This document shows, piece after piece, positions 62,324 to 64,000 of a stretch of 64,000 nucleotides of DNA. The position numbers and the translations under genes are program-made. This stretch comes from Sulfolobaceae archaeon (lineage in GTDB: Archaea; Thermoproteota; Thermoprotei_A; Sulfolobales; Sulfolobaceae): contig JAWARQ010000004.1 in assembly GCA_038893355.1 (NCBI GenBank), positions 122,577 to 186,576 on the forward strand, written 5' to 3'. Within the stretch, counting starts at the first letter, position 1, and each line of letters begins with the position of its first letter. Under the pieces are notes generated by a model, which worked only from the letters and a program-made list of their open reading frames with translations, was not told the origin of the DNA and searched no databases.

Positions 62324-63396
62324 TTATTGATACCCATGCACACTGGTTTTCTGCAAAGATAATGAGCGAGAAGGAGTTTATTCTCGCTTCGGCAGAATCT
62401 TGGCTGCCAGGGGAGATTAATAATAGTAGGCTTGATGAAGAAATATTAAAGATGAATGAATTAAGACCATTTTATTTATTATTAAAGAAGGAGATGAAAA
62501 AGTTCCTTGGAGAAAACTTCATAGAGGAAAGAAATAGACTGATTAAGGAGGATCCAGTTAACTATATAAAGATTCTTTTCGAAGACGCAAAAATAAGTGC
62601 AATGGTGATAGATGAAGGGTTTGGTAAAAAGGAAATGGAATTACCTATTCCTTATAAGCTATTGTTTAGGATAGAAAAGATAATTAATGATGAATTGTTC
62701 TCTAAATCATTTGATAAAGCAATTGAATATTTTATAGAGATCTTAAATAAAAAAATTAAAGAGGAAAAGTATGCAGGGTTTAAAAGTATAATTGCCTATA
62801 GGACTGGATTAAAAGTAGTATGTGATGAAGACAGAGCAAAACGAGATTTTCTCTCAACACAGACCGAATGGTATGGAAGGGTTTCAAAGGGGTTTAGAGA
62901 TTATTTACTCTGCATCACCCTAGAGATTGCGAAGAAGCTAAAAGTCCCAGTACAGATCCATACCGGGGCTGGTGATAGGGACATAAAGCTGGAGGATTCT
63001 AGGCCAGCTTACTTAACTAATTTAGTCAGAAAGTATGAAGGAAAGGTTATATTAGTACATGCAGGTTATCCATATCATAGGGAGAGTGCGTGGATGTCAT
63101 ATATATTCCCCTCAGTTTATTTAGATGTTTCACAAGTAGTACCTTTTGCACCTTTAGCGTCTTACTCCATCCTAAAGGAAATATATGAAGTAGCTCCACT
63201 TAATAAAGTAATGTATGGTTCCGATGCCTTTAATATACCAGAAATAGCATGGTTAGGTGCAAAATTAGCTAAAAATGCTATAGAAAATTTAAAAAATGAA
63301 TTGATTAATAAAAACATATTAGACGAAAAAGAGGTCAATGAGCTAGAGGATAGGTTCTTTCATATAAATGCTAAAGAAGTTTATGGAGATTTTTAA
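62320..63396 (+). CDS. Amidohydrolase_2 family protein (FluG N-terminal-like)
   Basis: IDTHAH, FKSIIAYRTGL, QIHTGAGD.D, LVHAGYP, YGSDA..IPE. Confidence 0.9.
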   Translation: MIIDTHAHWFSAKIMSEKEFILASAESWLPGEINNSRLDEEILKMNELRPFYLLLKKEMKKFLGENFIEERNRLIKEDPVNYIKILFEDAKISAMVIDEGFGKKEMELPIPYKLLFRIEKIINDELFSKSFDKAIEYFIEILNKKIKEEKYAGFKSIIAYRTGLKVVCDEDRAKRDFLSTQTEWYGRVSKGFRDYLLCITLEIAKKLKVPVQIHTGAGDRDIKLEDSRPAYLTNLVRKYEGKVILVHAGYPYHRESAWMSYIFPSVYLDVSQVVPFAPLASYSILKEIYEVAPLNKVMYGSDAFNIPEIAWLGAKLAKNAIENLKNELINKNILDEKEVNELEDRFFHINAKEVYGDF

Positions 63397-63488
63397 ATTA
63401 AGTGTATAGAAGAGTGTGTAGCAATGGATTATACTAAACTTATTGCCTAATTAAAATAATTAGTAAATTATTTCTACCTTAAAAGCTT

Positions 63489-63701
63489 ATGAAAAAAGGA
63501 ATAGCATATGTGAAAGCCTTATTATTACCTAATTCTAATTTGAATATTGTGAAGAAGAGGAGGTCAATAATCTTAGTACCAGAGTCTCAACTTGAAAAGA
63601 TGACTAAGGTCAAAAGGGGGGAGATAATAACATTTGGAAGATTTAAGGTGCTAAGCGTTGGGAGTGAGAGTAAGAGTAAGGTTAGAAGCGATAACGGGTA
63701 G
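63489..63701 (+). CDS. Small basic hypothetical protein
   Basis: 70-aa ORF overlapping the next gene. Confidence 0.45.
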   Translation: MKKGIAYVKALLLPNSNLNIVKKRRSIILVPESQLEKMTKVKRGEIITFGRFKVLSVGSESKSKVRSDNG

Positions 63702-63831
63702 GAGTGCAGAAATAGTAGCCCTTTTAAATAGTGGAGCTGAAAGTCCAGAGCCTAGTATAGCATTACCTACTGAAATTGCTGAAGAGTTGAAATTAAACGA
63801 ACTTAAAGCTGAAACTGCTTACTCAGAAGAG
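63658..63831 (+). pseudogene. Clan AA aspartyl-protease-like gene interrupted by IS insertion
   Basis: VRVRL...ALLNSGAE.....LP..IAE.L pattern; after YSEE the frame runs into the IS right end (GFRLHRIS-stop). Confidence 0.65.
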
Positions 63832-64000
63832 GGGTTTAGGCTTCATAGGATTTCATAATATTTAATATCAACCCTCAGCCCTTGGGCTTCACCAGAGTAA
63901 CGGGGCAGTGCCCCACTCATCCCCCTCCGCCCCTTTAGCGGGATAACCCCAACCCACACCCGTGGAATATCACGGATATGGGGGAACCCGCACATCTTGA
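63831..64000 (-). mobile_element. IS607-type (ISC1904/ISC1913-like) element, right end
   Basis: Abrupt GC shift; minus-strand terminus ...CCTATGAAGCCTAAACCCC; contains tnpB 3' end. Confidence 0.75.
63843..64000 (-). CDS. tnpB: TnpB C-terminus (partial, window edge)
   Basis: Minus frame KMCGFPHIRDIPRVWVGVIPLKGRRG...EAQGLRVDIKYYEIL-stop, typical of Sulfolobales TnpB tails. Confidence 0.72.
   Translation of the reverse strand, partial: KMCGFPHIRDIPRVWVGVIPLKGRRGMSGALPRYSGEAQGLRVDIKYYEIL

Overview
AT-rich, gene-dense archaeal chromosome segment. Gene content (3HP/4HB-cycle enzymes, cutBC, crenarchaeal SSB, thermopsin, aCcr1-type RHH protein, ISC-type elements) points to the Sulfolobales. Positions 1-51 kb are mostly core metabolism: acyl-CoA/thiolase-DUF35 cluster, molybdoenzyme subunits, methylmalonyl-CoA mutase/epimerase, GTPBP1-ZPR1, trxB, leuA, ssb, moeA, thrB-metB, plus a small IS256 relic and vapBC insert near 20.4-21.6 kb. 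Positions 51.4-64 kb are accessory, with many IS200/IS605-type end scars, a thermopsin, a head-to-head HEPN/MNT pair, a split FluG-like module and an IS607-type tnpB element interrupting the last gene. Features absent from the ORF track include an aCcr1-like gene, a box C/D sRNA, a 38-aa membrane protein and a frameshifted ORF before cobA. The most notable observation is that leuA has no in-frame start upstream of its catalytic DTTLRDGEQ motif. Its promoter-proximal ATG opens a 19-codon Leu-containing ORF that needs a -1 shift to enter leuA, so this is a candidate leucine-responsive programmed frameshift, or else a 1-nt homopolymer error. I saw no rRNA, tRNA or CRISPR array. All product calls rest on motif recognition by eye, not database searches.
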